From NCBI GenBank assembly GCA_038882655.1, contig JAVZNT010000003.1, positions 12,411 through 76,410 on the forward strand: 64,000 nt of DNA, in the 5' to 3' direction. The notes below the pieces were generated by a model. The model saw only the letters and a program-made list of their open reading frames with translations, was not told the origin of the DNA and made no database searches. The DNA comes from Candidatus Bathyarchaeia archaeon (GTDB lineage: Archaea > Thermoproteota > Bathyarchaeia > Bathyarchaeales > Bathycorpusculaceae). Positions within the stretch are counted from its first letter, which is position 1, and each line of letters opens with the position of its first letter. The translations under genes and the position numbers were made by a program. Of the stretch, positions 62,545 through 64,000 are shown one piece after another.

Positions 62545-63571
62545 CCCCAGTTGTTTTTGCGATTCTCTCGCATTCTTCGAGGCTTAGGTTCAACTTGTTA
62601 AGGATCGTGTAGCGTTCAGGTCTTATGGAAGACGCCATAAACAAGGCTTTAACAAGTTCGTCTTTAGTTAACCCCAGTTCGTAGATATTGGTCGGCGCCC
62701 CAATAGTCTTTAGGGTTTCCCTTATGCGTCTCCAGTTTGCACCGTGCAGATAAGCCATAACAATTGTTCCAATGCCACATTGCTCGCCATGAAGGGCGTT
62801 ATTCGGCTTTATCAGGTCTAAGGCATGGCTGAACAAGTGCTCCGCACCGCTGCATGGGCGGCTGCTCCCAGCAATGCTCATGGCCACGCCACAGCTTATT
62901 AGAGCTTCAAGGAGCACGCGAAGTCCTTCCTCGTTTTCTGGTTTTATGAGGCTCGCGTTTCGCATCACAAGTCTTGCGCTCATTAGAGCTAGGCTTGCGG
63001 CATACTCTCCATAATACTCATTCCTATCCATGCTTGCAAGTTTCCAGTCTCTCACTGCTGTAAACTTTGCAATTACGTCTCCGCAGCCACTTGCAATAAA
63101 ACGTTGAGGCGTTTGTGCAATTATGTTTGTGTCGGCTATTATAGCTATTGGAGCTTGAGCCATAACTGAAAAAGGTTTTTCAAGACCCTTAACTGACGAA
63201 AGCGGGCTTGCAATTCCATCGTGAGAGGCTGTTGTTGGCACACTAATGAAAGGCACCCTTTGCCGACCAGAGCTCAACTTTGCCACGTCAATTTTTGTTC
63301 CTCCACCCACGCCGAAAACCACTTGAGGTTTTAGAGTTCCAATTTTTTCCTCAACGGCTTCCACATCTTTTATGGTGGCTGACTCTACAATGTGTGTTTT
63401 GGCTTCCACGCCATCGTTTTCAAGAATCTCCTTAACAATTTTTCCAGCAATATCATAGGTTTTCTTCCCAGTAATTATTAGGGCGGACTCCGTGAATCCC
63501 AACCTTCTAGATATCTCTGCAGTTTGTTCTATTACACCCTTTCCAACAATAACCTCTCTTGGAAGCTGCAT
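62537..63571 (-). CDS. egsA: glycerol-1-phosphate dehydrogenase
   Basis: MQLPREVIVGKGV start. GVGGGTKIDVAK and SVPTTASHDGIASP, plus the His-rich metal site SHALD...HGEQCG. The ATG at 63571 gives 344 aa. The upstream 91-codon extension in the ORF track looks non-coding. Confidence 0.85.
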   Translation of the reverse strand: MQLPREVIVGKGVIEQTAEISRRLGFTESALIITGKKTYDIAGKIVKEILENDGVEAKTHIVESATIKDVEAVEEKIGTLKPQVVFGVGGGTKIDVAKLSSGRQRVPFISVPTTASHDGIASPLSSVKGLEKPFSVMAQAPIAIIADTNIIAQTPQRFIASGCGDVIAKFTAVRDWKLASMDRNEYYGEYAASLALMSARLVMRNASLIKPENEEGLRVLLEALISCGVAMSIAGSSRPCSGAEHLFSHALDLIKPNNALHGEQCGIGTIVMAYLHGANWRRIRETLKTIGAPTNIYELGLTKDELVKALFMASSIRPERYTILNKLNLSLEECERIAKTTGVI

Positions 63572-64000
63572 CCAATGGCGTTTTAAAGGCAAATCAACCA
63601 CTCGTTGGGCTTTTCCCTTTAGGATGATATGGGCGTGGCTCTTAAAACCCTTTTCACGGCAACGCTGCAATCTGAAGATTTTAGCTATGAATTTTAGTTT
63701 CATACCGATAAGAATCACGGATTTAAACCCACTGCCATGTTTGATAAGCCGACGGTTGAGAAAAGAAAATGTAAATATTACTGTGAAAGATGCGGCAAGG
63801 AGGACGAGCTGATAGAGGAAGAGGGCATAATCTAGGCTATGCAAGTTTGTAGACGAATCGGCGATTTTCGAAGCGTAATATTAATAAGCTTCATGACGTG
63901 ATTAAATGATGCTACTTCCTAGCGAAGTAATCTGGCACATGTTTAGGTTTTGGGAGAAATGTGTAAAATGTCAAACAACAACGTAGTTGACAAGTTGACG

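Noticed and set aside
63737-63835. 32-aa plus-strand ORF (MFDKPTVEKRKCKYYCERCGKEDELIEEEGII) upstream of egsA.
   Set aside because: It has only one Cys knuckle, is very short, and has no convincing ribosome-binding context. It cannot be supported without conservation or expression data.
63572-63844. 91-codon N-terminal extension of the egsA ORF in the six-frame track.
   Set aside because: G1P dehydrogenases are about 350 aa and begin close to the MQLPREVIVGKG motif. The extension is hydrophobic and basic and unlike the family, so the ATG at 63571 was preferred.
1-64000. I looked for CRISPR arrays, rRNA genes, IS elements or transposases and intact integrases.
   Set aside because: Reading both strands by eye, I saw no regularly spaced direct repeats, no rRNA-like sequence, and no transposase- or recombinase-like ORFs. 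Short or degenerate elements could have been missed without computational repeat finding.

Overview
This 64 kb window is a densely coded archaeal chromosomal segment. The archaeal assignment rests on an archaeal-type ribosomal protein operon (eS4, eL32, eL19, eL34, with RNase P Rpp29 embedded), glycerol-1-phosphate dehydrogenase, tRNA-splicing endonuclease and an ATP-dependent DNA ligase. I cannot assign a lineage from the window alone. In order, the window contains: (1) a beta-oxidation-like acyl-CoA gene set (2-4981); (2) an MJ0619/Tes-family radical SAM gene, divergent from a TrmB-like regulator (4989-7354); (3) [NiFe]-hydrogenase maturation genes hypF-hypC-hypD and hypE, interrupted by uncharacterised small or membrane protein genes (7395-13986), with hypA and an Mrp-type hypB about 35 kb away; (4) the uL22-to-cmk ribosomal/SecY operon (14.2-26.2 kb), which carries an embedded Hsp20 gene; (5) glycan-synthesis genes (26.3-35.9 kb), enclosing a threonine-synthase-like/PadR fusion protein; (6) DNA ligase, an E1-like enzyme and tRNA-Cys; (7) an accessory-looking block of four co-directional orphan genes downstream of tRNA-Cys (39.4-46.6 kb); (8) housekeeping genes up to egsA. 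I saw no CRISPR array, rRNA gene, IS element or intact integrase. The most interesting candidates are: a zinc-ribbon/poly-Glu protein with two tandem gelsolin-like repeats, paired with a membrane zinc-ribbon protein (44407-46646); a roughly 1200-aa helical-repeat protein ending in a winged-helix-like domain, inside a segment bracketed by tRNA-Cys 3'-end repeats; and a ThrC-like domain that lacks the PLP lysine and is fused to a PadR wHTH. All functional calls come from motif recognition by eye. No searches were run.
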